Notes under the pieces: generated by a model
What the model was told of the DNA's origin: nothing
The model's database searches: none
The model's input: the letters and a program-made list of their open reading frames with translations, nothing else
Shown: one piece after another, positions 1 to 8,165 of the stretch
Layout of the letters: every line of letters starts with the position of its first letter
How positions within the stretch are numbered: position 1 is the stretch's first letter
Origin: Peptococcaceae bacterium
GTDB taxonomy: Bacteria > Bacillota > Peptococcia > DRI-13 > UBA5745
Length of the DNA stretch: 38,777 bases
Reading direction: 5' to 3'
NCBI GenBank assembly: GCA_031265035.1
Contig: JAISDE010000142.1
Coordinates: forward strand, 1 to 38,777
Position numbers and translations under genes: made by a program

Positions 1-26
1 GGCTCTATGGCAAAACGATGGGCGGC

Positions 27-3000
27 TTAGCGAGAATTTTTCCTTAGCGCCCGCAGCTCGGCTAAAATTTTTTCCGGCGTGGCGGGCAAATCCCTGATCC
101 GCGCCCCTACAGCGTGATAAATCCCGTTTATGACCGCCGGCGTCATCGGCACCGTCCCCACCTCGGAAACGCCCTTGGCGCCCAAGGGGCCGGCCGGATC
201 GGGATTTTCCAGCAGCAGCGTCTCATAATATGGTGTCTCGCCGATCGTGGGCAAGCCCAACTGGCCAAAATATTTTTTTTGCGGCGCGCCGTCTTTTAAG
301 GGGAAAGTCTCTGAAAGAGCGTATCCTATGCCCATGGCGCAGCTGCCGGTCAACTGCCCCTCGACTACGTTGCTGTTGATCAGGCGCCCGATATCATGGG
401 CCGCGATCACATCCAGCACCCTTACCCGGCCATCGGCGGTATCCACCTCCACCACCGCGGCCTGGGTGGTGTAGGTATAAGCCGGGTAATTTCTGTATTC
501 CGCCTGAGAAACGCTGGCCCGACCCGCCGTATCGTAAAGAGCGAAAGTTTTAGGCGCGATATAGACATACTCGGCGAATAGCCGGTCGCCGCCGGCGAGA
601 AGAGCCAGTACCCGGGCCAGATTGCCCGGCGAGGCGGCCGGCAGCGCCTTGTAGGACTCGTCGTCAGGATCAAAGTGATAGCCCTGGGCGGCAGGCGTCG
701 GCAGCCCGGCGTTGGCGGCCCCCGCCTCAGCCCCGGCAACGGCGCCAGCTGTAGCGCCGGCATCCGGGCTAACGACAGCGCCCGCAACGGTGCCAGCGCC
801 AGCTACAGCGCCCGCGCCCACACCTGCGCCTGCTCCCGCCCCATCTCTTGCACCAGCACCCGCGCCTGCACCCGCCTCAGCGCCAGCGCCAGTTCCAGCG
901 CCGGCACCAGCACCTGTGCCAGCCTCGGCCTTAGCCCCCGCACCGTCAGCGCCTTCCCCGGCCAACAACGCGGCCAGCCTGGCGCGGAACTTTTTGGCCG
1001 CCCCTACCACGGCGCTGCCGCTGATCAGTGTCTGCCGCTCCCCCACGGCATTGCTGTGGGGCACGGTCAGCAACGTGTCGCCATTTACCGTATCCAAAAT
1101 CTCCGGCTCACAGCCCAAAACCTGCGCCGCCAGCTGGGTCATGGCCGTGCGAAAGCCCTGCCCCATGTCAATGCCGGAAACCGTCAGCAACAGCCGCCCG
1201 TCCGCCCGCAAAAGCAGCGAGGCGCCGGCGTCGTCAATCTTGCCCTTGCCGGCCCCGACATTTTTGAAGCCGCTGGCCATCCCCAGGCCCAGTCGCTTGG
1301 TGCCCTGGGGATAATCCGCCTGCCGCCGCTGGAAAACCTCCCTGGCGGCGTCCCGGCAAAGCATCAGTGTCTCCCGAATCCCCACGCTTTTTTGCAGGAT
1401 CTCGCCGGAAAACGTGGTGTCCGAAAGTCGAAAGGCGTTGCGCAAGCGCAGCTCAAAAGGATCCAGCCCCAGGGCCGTCGCCGCCTCGTCCAGCAGGGAT
1501 TCCATGGCGAAAGCGGCCTGATTGATACCAAAGCCCCGAAAAGCGCTGGCGGGGACATTATTGGTAAACACCGCCTGCCCGCTGACCCGACCGTTGGGCA
1601 TCCGGTAAGGGCCGACGGAAAAAATACACGCCTGATCAATAACCCTGGGGCTGAGGTTGGTATAAGGTCCCCCATCGGAAAGCAATTTAGCGTCAAAATA
1701 CCGCAACAGCCCTTCCCGATTCACGCCCAGCTCATAATCCAGCTCATAAGGATGCCGTTTGGTACTAAAGCCCAGGGATTCTTCCCGGGACAATACCAAG
1801 CGCACCGGCCTTTTCAGGCAATGAGCGGCCACCGCCACCGCCGGCTCGGTAGTGGCGTCAGCCTTGCTGCCAAAACCGCCGCCGGCCGGCGTCGCCCGGA
1901 TCCGCACCTTTTCCGGCGGCAGGGCCAGCACCGCGGCCAATTGGCGGCGCAGCTCGAAAGGAGACTGGGTCGGGCAATACACTGTCACACCCGCCGCCGG
2001 ATCCCAGCAGCCGACGCTGGCCTCCGGCTCCAGACAAGCGTGCTCTACCGCCGGCGTCGTAAAATGACCCCGGAAGTGGAGCAGACCCGGCTCCCGCCGG
2101 GCGGCGTCGGGATCGCCGGTCGTATGGCTGAGTTCCTTGATTACCAGCCCCTTCGCCGCCGCCTCCCGCATATCAAACACCGGCGGCAGCGGCTGATAAT
2201 CCACCCGCACCAAAGCGGCGGCAGCCCTGGCCTGAGCCTCGCTGTCCGCCACCACCAGGGTCACCATATCCCGGATAAAGCGTACCTCGTCGGCGCAAAA
2301 TACCGGCTGATCCGGCGTCAGCAGCCCAAAACCGTTTTGGCCGGGCACATCCCTGGCGGTCAGCACGGCGATCACGCCCGCCGCCGCCAGCGCCGGGCCG
2401 CTGTCGATGGCCAAAATCCTGGCGTGAGCCTGTCCCGACCAGACCGGGGCGGCATATACCATGCCCGGGAAATCCAGATCGGCGGCAAAGGGCAGCCTGC
2501 CGGCGGCTTTGTCCAGGCCGTCTTTGTCCCACAAGGGCCGGCCCAGCAAATCAGCCGCCCCGGCGGCGGCACTGGCGCCGTCCGGCCCCAAGCCAGCCAA
2601 AGCGCCGCCGCTATCGTCCCGCCCCGAGCCAATCAAGACGCCGCCGCTCGGCCCCCCGCCAGCCAAAGCGCCGCCGTTCAGCCCCGGCGCCACCTTTTCC
2701 CGATACTCCCCCTCGGCAATCTGGACATACAAACGCCCCCTGGACAAAGGCGGCTCCGCCGGCGCGGCGGCCGCTCCGCCCAGCGCCAGCGGCACCTCGC
2801 CGCTCCCGTCAGCCGCCGCCAGCGCGGCGGCCACTTCGCCCGCGGCCATCTCGTCGCTCCCAGCCACGGCCACAGCCGCCGTCTCGCCACTGCCTGCCAC
2901 GGCCACAGCCGCTTCACCGCTCCCGGCCTCCACGGCTGTATCGTCGCTCCCGGCCTCTGCCACCACAGCCGCCTCGCCGCTCCCGGCCTCTGCCGCCGCC

Positions 3001-3539
3001 TGCCTCATCCTGGCCGCCGCCAACTCCACCGCCTCAATGATTTTGACATAGCCGGTGCAGCGGCAATAATTGCGCCGCAATGCCTGAAAAATATCCGCCC
3101 GGCTGGGCGAGAGATTTCGATCCAGAAGACCCTTGGCGGCCATGATCATGCCGGGGCTGCAAAAGCCGCACTGGATCGCTCCCGCGTCTAAAAAAGCCTT
3201 TTGGATCGGATGGGGCCGCCCCGCCGCCGCCAGATGCTCAATCGTCTCGATCTCCTTGCCGGCGACGGCGGCCAGCTTGACGACACAAGCCCGGACGGCC
3301 TTGCCGTCCATCAGCACCGTACAAACGCCGCAATGACCGGTGCCACAGCCCTCCTTGGCTCCCTTCAGGCCCAGGACATCCCGCAGGCAGGCCAGCAAAG
3401 TCATCCCCGACCGCTCCGCCGGCAAAGTGACAATCTCCCCGTTGACGGAGAAAACCAGGGGCGAGCCCGCCGCCGAGCCGGCGCCGGCTTGGTTGGCGCC
3501 TGAGAAAGCGCCGGAGGGATCTGCCGCCGAAGAAAACAT
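27..3539 (-). CDS. Xanthine dehydrogenase/aldehyde oxidoreductase-family molybdoenzyme, N-terminal 2x[2Fe-2S] domain fused to molybdopterin-binding domains
   Basis: GCGTGHCGVC..C and QCGFC..CRCTGY Fe-S motifs; GGGFGSK, AFRGFG and GAKGVSE Mo-domain motifs. Start moved to the ATG at 3539, which has GGAAGGAG upstream (ORF track starts at 3605). Confidence 0.92.
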   Translation of the reverse strand: MFSSAADPSGAFSGANQAGAGSAAGSPLVFSVNGEIVTLPAERSGMTLLACLRDVLGLKGAKEGCGTGHCGVCTVLMDGKAVRACVVKLAAVAGKEIETIEHLAAAGRPHPIQKAFLDAGAIQCGFCSPGMIMAAKGLLDRNLSPSRADIFQALRRNYCRCTGYVKIIEAVELAAARMRQAAAEAGSGEAAVVAEAGSDDTAVEAGSGEAAVAVAGSGETAAVAVAGSDEMAAGEVAAALAAADGSGEVPLALGGAAAAPAEPPLSRGRLYVQIAEGEYREKVAPGLNGGALAGGGPSGGVLIGSGRDDSGGALAGLGPDGASAAAGAADLLGRPLWDKDGLDKAAGRLPFAADLDFPGMVYAAPVWSGQAHARILAIDSGPALAAAGVIAVLTARDVPGQNGFGLLTPDQPVFCADEVRFIRDMVTLVVADSEAQARAAAALVRVDYQPLPPVFDMREAAAKGLVIKELSHTTGDPDAARREPGLLHFRGHFTTPAVEHACLEPEASVGCWDPAAGVTVYCPTQSPFELRRQLAAVLALPPEKVRIRATPAGGGFGSKADATTEPAVAVAAHCLKRPVRLVLSREESLGFSTKRHPYELDYELGVNREGLLRYFDAKLLSDGGPYTNLSPRVIDQACIFSVGPYRMPNGRVSGQAVFTNNVPASAFRGFGINQAAFAMESLLDEAATALGLDPFELRLRNAFRLSDTTFSGEILQKSVGIRETLMLCRDAAREVFQRRQADYPQGTKRLGLGMASGFKNVGAGKGKIDDAGASLLLRADGRLLLTVSGIDMGQGFRTAMTQLAAQVLGCEPEILDTVNGDTLLTVPHSNAVGERQTLISGSAVVGAAKKFRARLAALLAGEGADGAGAKAEAGTGAGAGAGTGAGAEAGAGAGAGARDGAGAGAGVGAGAVAGAGTVAGAVVSPDAGATAGAVAGAEAGAANAGLPTPAAQGYHFDPDDESYKALPAASPGNLARVLALLAGGDRLFAEYVYIAPKTFALYDTAGRASVSQAEYRNYPAYTYTTQAAVVEVDTADGRVRVLDVIAAHDIGRLINSNVVEGQLTGSCAMGIGYALSETFPLKDGAPQKKYFGQLGLPTIGETPYYETLLLENPDPAGPLGAKGVSEVGTVPMTPAVINGIYHAVGARIRDLPATPEKILAELRALRKNSR
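700..960 (-). repeat. In-frame Gly/Ala low-complexity tract (degenerate 6-bp units) inside the Mo-binding domain
   Basis: Translation GAGAGAGTGAGAEAGAGAGAGA...; limits approximate. Confidence 0.85.
2840..3000 (-). repeat. In-frame 30-33 bp degenerate tandem repeat in the Fe-S/Mo linker
   Basis: About five units: AEAGSGEAAVV / AEAGSDDTAV / EAGSGEAAVAV / AGSGETAAVAV / AGSDEMAA. Confidence 0.85.
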
Positions 3540-3660
3540 AAGACCGCTCCTTCCTTCAAGGCAACGTATCGATGCCTTGAAAAAACTGATTTTTACGCGG
3601 CACATTATATCACGCGGCGATCCCCAATGAATTAACGCCTGTTAGCGTTTCGCGGAATTT

Positions 3661-3701
3661 CCCCGGTTACCCCGGTTAGATTTCCCGTCGATTTCCCGTC
3701 G
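3661..3701. repeat. Two adjacent short tandem duplications
   Basis: (CCCCGGTTA)x2 followed by (GATTTCCCGTC)x2. Confidence 0.85.
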
Positions 3702-3769
3702 GATACGGACTGGAACTCTGTATTGAATTCTGGTATAGTGGGGGTAGTCCAGAATGAAAGGTATACCGC

Positions 3770-4345
3770 ATGAAGTATTATAAAATCTTAATGGCTGACA
3801 AGTCAGAGAATGATATTGTTGGCCACTGCGCTAATGACTATGGAATAGGATATGACGCGCTATGCCAAGGAAAAGAGTTTCTCAACTGGAATGACGCCTT
3901 CATGTTTTATTACAACAAAAATGAAGGCGATATCCCGACTGACTATCTGGCAAATGACAAAGGCTGGTTTCTTATATCTGAGAATTTAAAAGAACTGTTA
4001 GAAGGAATGCGCGTCGCTTGTCAGTATTTTAATATACCAATAATAGAGGCGGTTACCAATACTCCACTTAACCCTTACTATGGGGCTAATATTCTTCAAA
4101 TGGTAGACGCGCTTTGCCTTGACGCGTCAGAATACTCGACAATGACGGTCAAAAAAAGCACCGATGTTTTCCACAATATAAAAAAATTCGCGGTTCACGC
4201 GTCGAAATTGAATGGCATAGACGTTTTTAAGTTAGCAACAGGAAGCGTATTCCCGATTTTTGTATCACAACGATTTAAGGATGAGGTAAGAAAGCGAAAT
4301 TTGACAGGAATGGATTTTCAGGAAATAAGAGTAGTTCCTTATTAG
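3770..4345 (+). CDS. Imm11/DUF1629-like polymorphic-toxin immunity protein
   Basis: DYL..GWFLISENLKELL, NIL..VDALC...SEY and C-terminal IFVSQRFK......LTGMDF patterns recalled for this family; AT-rich. Confidence 0.7.
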   Translation: MKYYKILMADKSENDIVGHCANDYGIGYDALCQGKEFLNWNDAFMFYYNKNEGDIPTDYLANDKGWFLISENLKELLEGMRVACQYFNIPIIEAVTNTPLNPYYGANILQMVDALCLDASEYSTMTVKKSTDVFHNIKKFAVHASKLNGIDVFKLATGSVFPIFVSQRFKDEVRKRNLTGMDFQEIRVVPY

Positions 4346-4364
4346 GCGCTTCCGAGGAGGCAGG

Positions 4365-4889
4365 ATGATGGAAACATCAATTATTCAAGAATTCGCGTTA
4401 TTTATCAACGAAGTCAATAAATATACGGAAGGCGTTCACTTTCTCAATCCTGGCGCGGAATTATCCGTTATTGAAGGATTCGAAAAAAGTAATAATATCA
4501 GTCTTCCGAAGCAATATAAAAATTTTTTGCGATTACATAATGGTGGGGAACTATTCAGACCGGGAGTAGTATTAGCCGCGATCTACAATGGAAAAACAGG
4601 AGATAAAAAAATCGGCGTACCATACCTTGATGAATCGTTGTCGCGTCATAGGCGTTTACCCGGTATGCCGAATAACTTGCTTATCATCGCGGACATGAAT
4701 TATGGAGATCCAATCTGTATAGCGCTCAACCATAGTGACGACGAGTCAAAAGTTGTTCAATGGAGCATTGAGGACGGCAATATATCACGCGAATGGGATA
4801 GCTTTACCGAATGGCTGTCGAATACCATTGAAGAAGGTTCTATGTTAGTAAGCTATGATGGAAGTGAGAAAGAATTAGATTTTCTGTAG
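4365..4889 (+). CDS. SMI1/KNR4 (SUKH) family immunity protein
   Basis: LNPGA....IEGFEK..NISLPKQYKNFLRLHNGG, LIIADMNYGDPIC, WDSFTEWL; GAGGAGG RBS. Confidence 0.9.
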   Translation: MMETSIIQEFALFINEVNKYTEGVHFLNPGAELSVIEGFEKSNNISLPKQYKNFLRLHNGGELFRPGVVLAAIYNGKTGDKKIGVPYLDESLSRHRRLPGMPNNLLIIADMNYGDPICIALNHSDDESKVVQWSIEDGNISREWDSFTEWLSNTIEEGSMLVSYDGSEKELDFL

Positions 4890-4935
4890 CCACTAAATGG
4901 CGCTTTCCCTACGCCTATCCCCGCGCTATCTATCA

Positions 4936-4991
4936 GTTCAGCTTTCCTTTTCCCTCAGCGTCTTTGTGTAATAAAACTTACCCCCACCACC
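4936..4991. repeat. Intergenic 56-bp copy of the 3' end of the 7583-8098 gene
   Basis: 52/56 identical to 7581-7636, same orientation. Confidence 0.9.
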
Positions 4992-5018
4992 TATTCAATA
5001 CCCATTCCTTTCATTATC

Positions 5019-5348
5019 TCACTCCAAGTCCTGAACGCTCATTTTTTCTAAATCTCGTCGCCTTTCGCGTTTCCCGCCGCAAGCCGCGTAGATGGCGAGT
5101 AAAACGGCTGTCGGTATGTTGACAAACAGAAAAGCGGATACCATCGCCGCGATCACTGTTGATACCTCGCCAACGCTCACCACATTAAGCGCGAAAATTA
5201 ACGAGACGCAAAATGAGATAATTGGCAATATAAGACCCGCCCATTTGCTTTCTTTTTTCGAGAGAAATATTTGTAACCATATCCCGCCCGCGCCAAAAAC
5301 CAAAAGAAGAATAAGACTGAGTATGATTGTTCTCGTAGCAATCGCCAC
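5019..5348 (-). CDS. Small membrane protein (about 3 TM helices), partner of the DUF2089 gene
   Basis: Three hydrophobic segments; GTG start overlaps the upstream TAG stop. Confidence 0.8.
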   Translation of the reverse strand: MAIATRTIILSLILLLVFGAGGIWLQIFLSKKESKWAGLILPIISFCVSLIFALNVVSVGEVSTVIAAMVSAFLFVNIPTAVLLAIYAACGGKRERRRDLEKMSVQDLE

Positions 5349-5647
5349 TACGCTCTCACCCCCAACTTTTTATACTCCGCGATCAAGATTTTCGCGGTAT
5401 CGAAATCAACCTTTTCACTGACCGCCAAGCGCTTAATCAAGGCGATATACGGCTCATTGGCGGTATCCTCGCTGATTTGGATTTTCTGTATCAGCTTATC
5501 AAGCCGCAAACGCACCGTTGGATAAGTTACGCCGTATTGCCGCGCCATTTCTTTCAGTGAGCCGGAAGCCCGCAAAAATTTCTTGATAAATGTAACGTCT
5601 TCATCCTCAAAGTTCACCATCCATTCGGGGATAATCTCTAATGACAT
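5348..5647 (-). CDS. DUF2089-family HTH protein (putative regulator)
   Basis: FIKKFLRASGSLKEMARQYGVTYPTVRLRLDKLI signature; GGAGG RBS. Confidence 0.85.
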   Translation of the reverse strand: MSLEIIPEWMVNFEDEDVTFIKKFLRASGSLKEMARQYGVTYPTVRLRLDKLIQKIQISEDTANEPYIALIKRLAVSEKVDFDTAKILIAEYKKLGVRA

Positions 5648-5661
5648 AGCCCCACCCCTCC

Positions 5662-5703
5662 TTTAACAATGTTGATTATAAACCTCAACAATGTTAAAGT
5701 CAA
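5662..5703 (-). promoter_or_regulatory. Sigma-A promoter with an inverted-repeat operator straddling the -10
   Basis: TTGACT (5703-5698), 17 bp, TATAAT (5680-5675); 14-bp inverted repeat with 1 mismatch at 5662-5675 and 5685-5698. Confidence 0.8.
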
Positions 5704-5709
5704 TGCCAA

Positions 5710-5823
5710 AATCAAAAGCGTATTGCGGAACTCGACCGGCTTTTCAAGAAAACCTACGAGGACAATGCCGGCGGAAAATTGAGTGACAAGCGGTTTGAGC
5801 AGCTATCGGCGGACTATGAGCGG
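5710..5823 (+). pseudogene. Internal fragment of a TnpX-like large serine recombinase (coiled-coil/DUF4368 region)
   Basis: Manual translation NQKRIAELDRLFKKTYEDNAGGKLSDKRFEQLSADYER; no start codon or catalytic domain nearby. Confidence 0.75.
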
Positions 5824-5865
5824 TTTTTGAGCGGGTCGAACGGTTCCATAGCGTACCACCTTGTC

Positions 5866-5925
5866 AGCAAGTTTTAAGCAAGATTAAGCAAGATTAAGCA
5901 AGATTAAGCAAGTTTTAAGCAAGTT
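5866..5925. repeat. 10-11 bp tandem repeat (TTAAGCAAGA-like), 5-6 units
   Basis: AGCAAGTTTTA, (AGCAAGATTA)x3, AGCAAGTTTTA, AGCAAGTT; no spacers. Confidence 0.9.
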
Positions 5926-5933
5926 GCTAGTGA

Positions 5934-7556
5934 CTAATTTTGTTCGGTGCCTTCATGCCATTTCGCGGCAGATGTGCTGCCGCTGCTGTGAATCCGTCCC
6001 TCGTCACGCAATTCGCGGAGCAAATACTGGATTTGATTTTTTGAGTGGCTCGGAAGAACTTGCCGCAACTCTTTCAGCGGCGTTCCCTTGTCACCGCTTT
6101 CGCGAATATGTTTCAGCAATAATTCCTTATTTGTTTCGCGGTCTAAGCCAACGATGCGCGTGTGAACCCCCGTCTTACCCGTCGCTTCATAAAGGCTATG
6201 CGCCAAGACATATTTTCCGCGTCCGCTGTGTTCAACGATACCTAAATCGACGAGGCGTTTTATATGCTGACGCAGTTCGTCAGTAAGTTTCCATTCGTGG
6301 AATAATGTGTCGATGACGAGGAAGTCCACAGTCGATAAAACTTCCATTCGCTCATCGCCGATTTGTTTCAGCATTGATAACAGCCGCTTGTCGAGCACAA
6401 GTCCGTTTAAGGTCAGGAACACCCAGTATGCGTCCGTGCCACTGAAATCCGGCAGGGGCTTTGCTTCTTTTACGCTTAATTCGTAAATCAGATTCATTCC
6501 CTGCCCGGAGCGTTCAACCAAACCACATAACGCGAGTATGGACGCGATAAGTCGGTTGCGCGGCGACTGGCGGTTGAGGATATTGTCAACAGTGATGCCG
6601 GATGGAAATCCGCCGGGGCTTTCGACAACGAGCCTGTCCTTGTACTGGCGGACAAACACGCTCCCGCTCATCTGATAATCGCGGTGACTGACGGCATTTA
6701 GCACCGCCTCACGAACCACACGCTCATTGAAAGTCGGCACATCGAAAATGACAAAACCATCTTGATAATGTTGTTTGTCATTCCTCAGGTTCACAAGCTC
6801 CCAAATGCGGTCGAAGAATGAGAAAAATCCTTGCGTAAATTCTTCGCGTTGCGCGGCGGGACCGGACGCGTTTGACGAGCGGTACTCAAATATGACTTCC
6901 GCCTGCGAAAGATGTTTTGTAAGCGCGGCTTTAGTTCCGAATAATATCAGCGCGGCATAGGTTACGCCGTTCGCTTTTATTGCGCCGCAGTCCATTAGCG
7001 ACTGTTCTGCCGACAGCTTTTTTATGCGGTTGTTTCCGCTCTTTTCTGCCCAAAGATCGCGGAATATGGTTATGGCTTTTTCGTCTAAGTCTTTGAGCGA
7101 CGCGCCGAGACAGATGTCGCTTGAAAAATCGTGTCCCGTTTCTTCGTAGATGCCCCGTAAAACTTCCGGCGGCATCGTTACAAGGCTGTCGCCGTCGCGC
7201 CACCAAGCAACGCCGTCAACCTGTACAGGCAGACCTACCGGGCGGCTCGCCACCTCAAAAACGAGGACGGGCATACCGTCCTGCTCGAAAAGCTGAAACT
7301 CAACCTTGATATGGAGCTTATCTATCAGGTTCCTGCAGGCGCGTTCCGGCTGTTCAAAAGCGGTGCTGCCAACGACCTTACGAGGGCGTTTATCGGTAAC
7401 GCCGAGGACGAAGAACCCGCCGCCGCAGTTGGCTAAAGCGCAACAGTATTTCGTCGCTTTTTCAAAGTCGCCGTGGCGTTTCCATTCTTTGAACTCATAC
7501 CGCGACCCCTCGGGTGCGTTGAGCAGGTCAGTTAGGTTATTGGGCGGGTTGGTCAT
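5934..7556 (-). CDS. Schlafen/AlbA_2 domain + RecG-C-like ATP-binding domain + winged-HTH protein
   Basis: EGSRYEFK, ALAN.GGG.FVLGV, VREAVLNAVSHRDY, SPGG, PRNRLIA, VERSGQGM. ATG at 7556 has an AAGGAAGG RBS. Confidence 0.85.
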   Translation of the reverse strand: MTNPPNNLTDLLNAPEGSRYEFKEWKRHGDFEKATKYCCALANCGGGFFVLGVTDKRPRKVVGSTAFEQPERACRNLIDKLHIKVEFQLFEQDGMPVLVFEVASRPVGLPVQVDGVAWWRDGDSLVTMPPEVLRGIYEETGHDFSSDICLGASLKDLDEKAITIFRDLWAEKSGNNRIKKLSAEQSLMDCGAIKANGVTYAALILFGTKAALTKHLSQAEVIFEYRSSNASGPAAQREEFTQGFFSFFDRIWELVNLRNDKQHYQDGFVIFDVPTFNERVVREAVLNAVSHRDYQMSGSVFVRQYKDRLVVESPGGFPSGITVDNILNRQSPRNRLIASILALCGLVERSGQGMNLIYELSVKEAKPLPDFSGTDAYWVFLTLNGLVLDKRLLSMLKQIGDERMEVLSTVDFLVIDTLFHEWKLTDELRQHIKRLVDLGIVEHSGRGKYVLAHSLYEATGKTGVHTRIVGLDRETNKELLLKHIRESGDKGTPLKELRQVLPSHSKNQIQYLLRELRDEGRIHSSGSTSAAKWHEGTEQN

Positions 7557-7582
7557 TGGGCGGCGTCCTTCCTTGTAGGCGT

Positions 7583-8098
7583 TCACTTTTCCTTTTCCCC
7601 CAGCGTCTTTGTGTAATAAAACTTACCCCAACCACCATCTAAAACTACTTCCTCAGCCTTGCCTGTGGTACCTGAGAAATATATGCCGACCCTGCTATTC
7701 CTGTTAGCGATGACGACCCACCAATTGACCTTTAAAACCAAATCCCGGGAAGGCTTGCCCAGCAGCTCAATCGCTTCCTCTTTGGTCGTTTCCGCTGTTA
7801 CCCGGGCTAAAACGGTATCAATATATATTTGTTCCTCCGCTGGGATATCATCGTTTCCCGGGTTTATCGCGCTGCCCAAAAAAACAACGGCGAAAAACAG
7901 CAAGGGCATCCACCCCGCTATTACCGCTATCTTTCTGACGACAGGATTCCTCGCCTTACTATTCTTGAAAAAGTATGGGGAGGTCAATAAAAACATAAAC
8001 AAGCTTATTGCCGCGGGGATGAGTCGCGAGGCAAAAAGATTGTATACCAGTATCATTAAATACAGCAGCGAAAACGCTACAGCAAGCTTTTTCCCCAT
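7583..8098 (-). CDS. Hypothetical membrane protein (3 N-terminal TM helices, small soluble domain)
   Basis: Hydrophobic N-terminal half; ATG at 8098 preceded by GAGGCGG. Confidence 0.7.
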   Translation of the reverse strand: MGKKLAVAFSLLYLMILVYNLFASRLIPAAISLFMFLLTSPYFFKNSKARNPVVRKIAVIAGWMPLLFFAVVFLGSAINPGNDDIPAEEQIYIDTVLARVTAETTKEEAIELLGKPSRDLVLKVNWWVVIANRNSRVGIYFSGTTGKAEEVVLDGGWGKFYYTKTLGEKEK

Positions 8099-8120
8099 GG
8101 CCAACCGCCTCGTATCAATC

Positions 8121-8165
8121 TATTGCCGCGCCATTTCTTTCAGTGGCCGGAAGCCCGCGAAAATT
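8121..8165. repeat. Intergenic 45-bp copy of an internal part of the DUF2089 gene
   Basis: Matches 5535-5580 with one deletion and one mismatch, same orientation. Confidence 0.9.

Noticed and set aside
675-3191. 838-aa plus-strand ORF
   Set aside because: Antisense shadow of the GC-rich molybdoenzyme gene; no recognisable motifs.
27-3539. Selenocysteine recoding in the molybdoenzyme
   Set aside because: No in-frame TGA; the ORF is continuous to a TAA stop.
5866-5925. Possible CRISPR array (also 28829-28896, 30402-30447)
   Set aside because: Units are 9-17 bp and contiguous, with no unique spacers and no cas genes.
4936-8165. Diversity-generating retroelement TR/VR pairs
   Set aside because: No reverse transcriptase in the window, the repeats are short, and mismatches are not adenine-specific.
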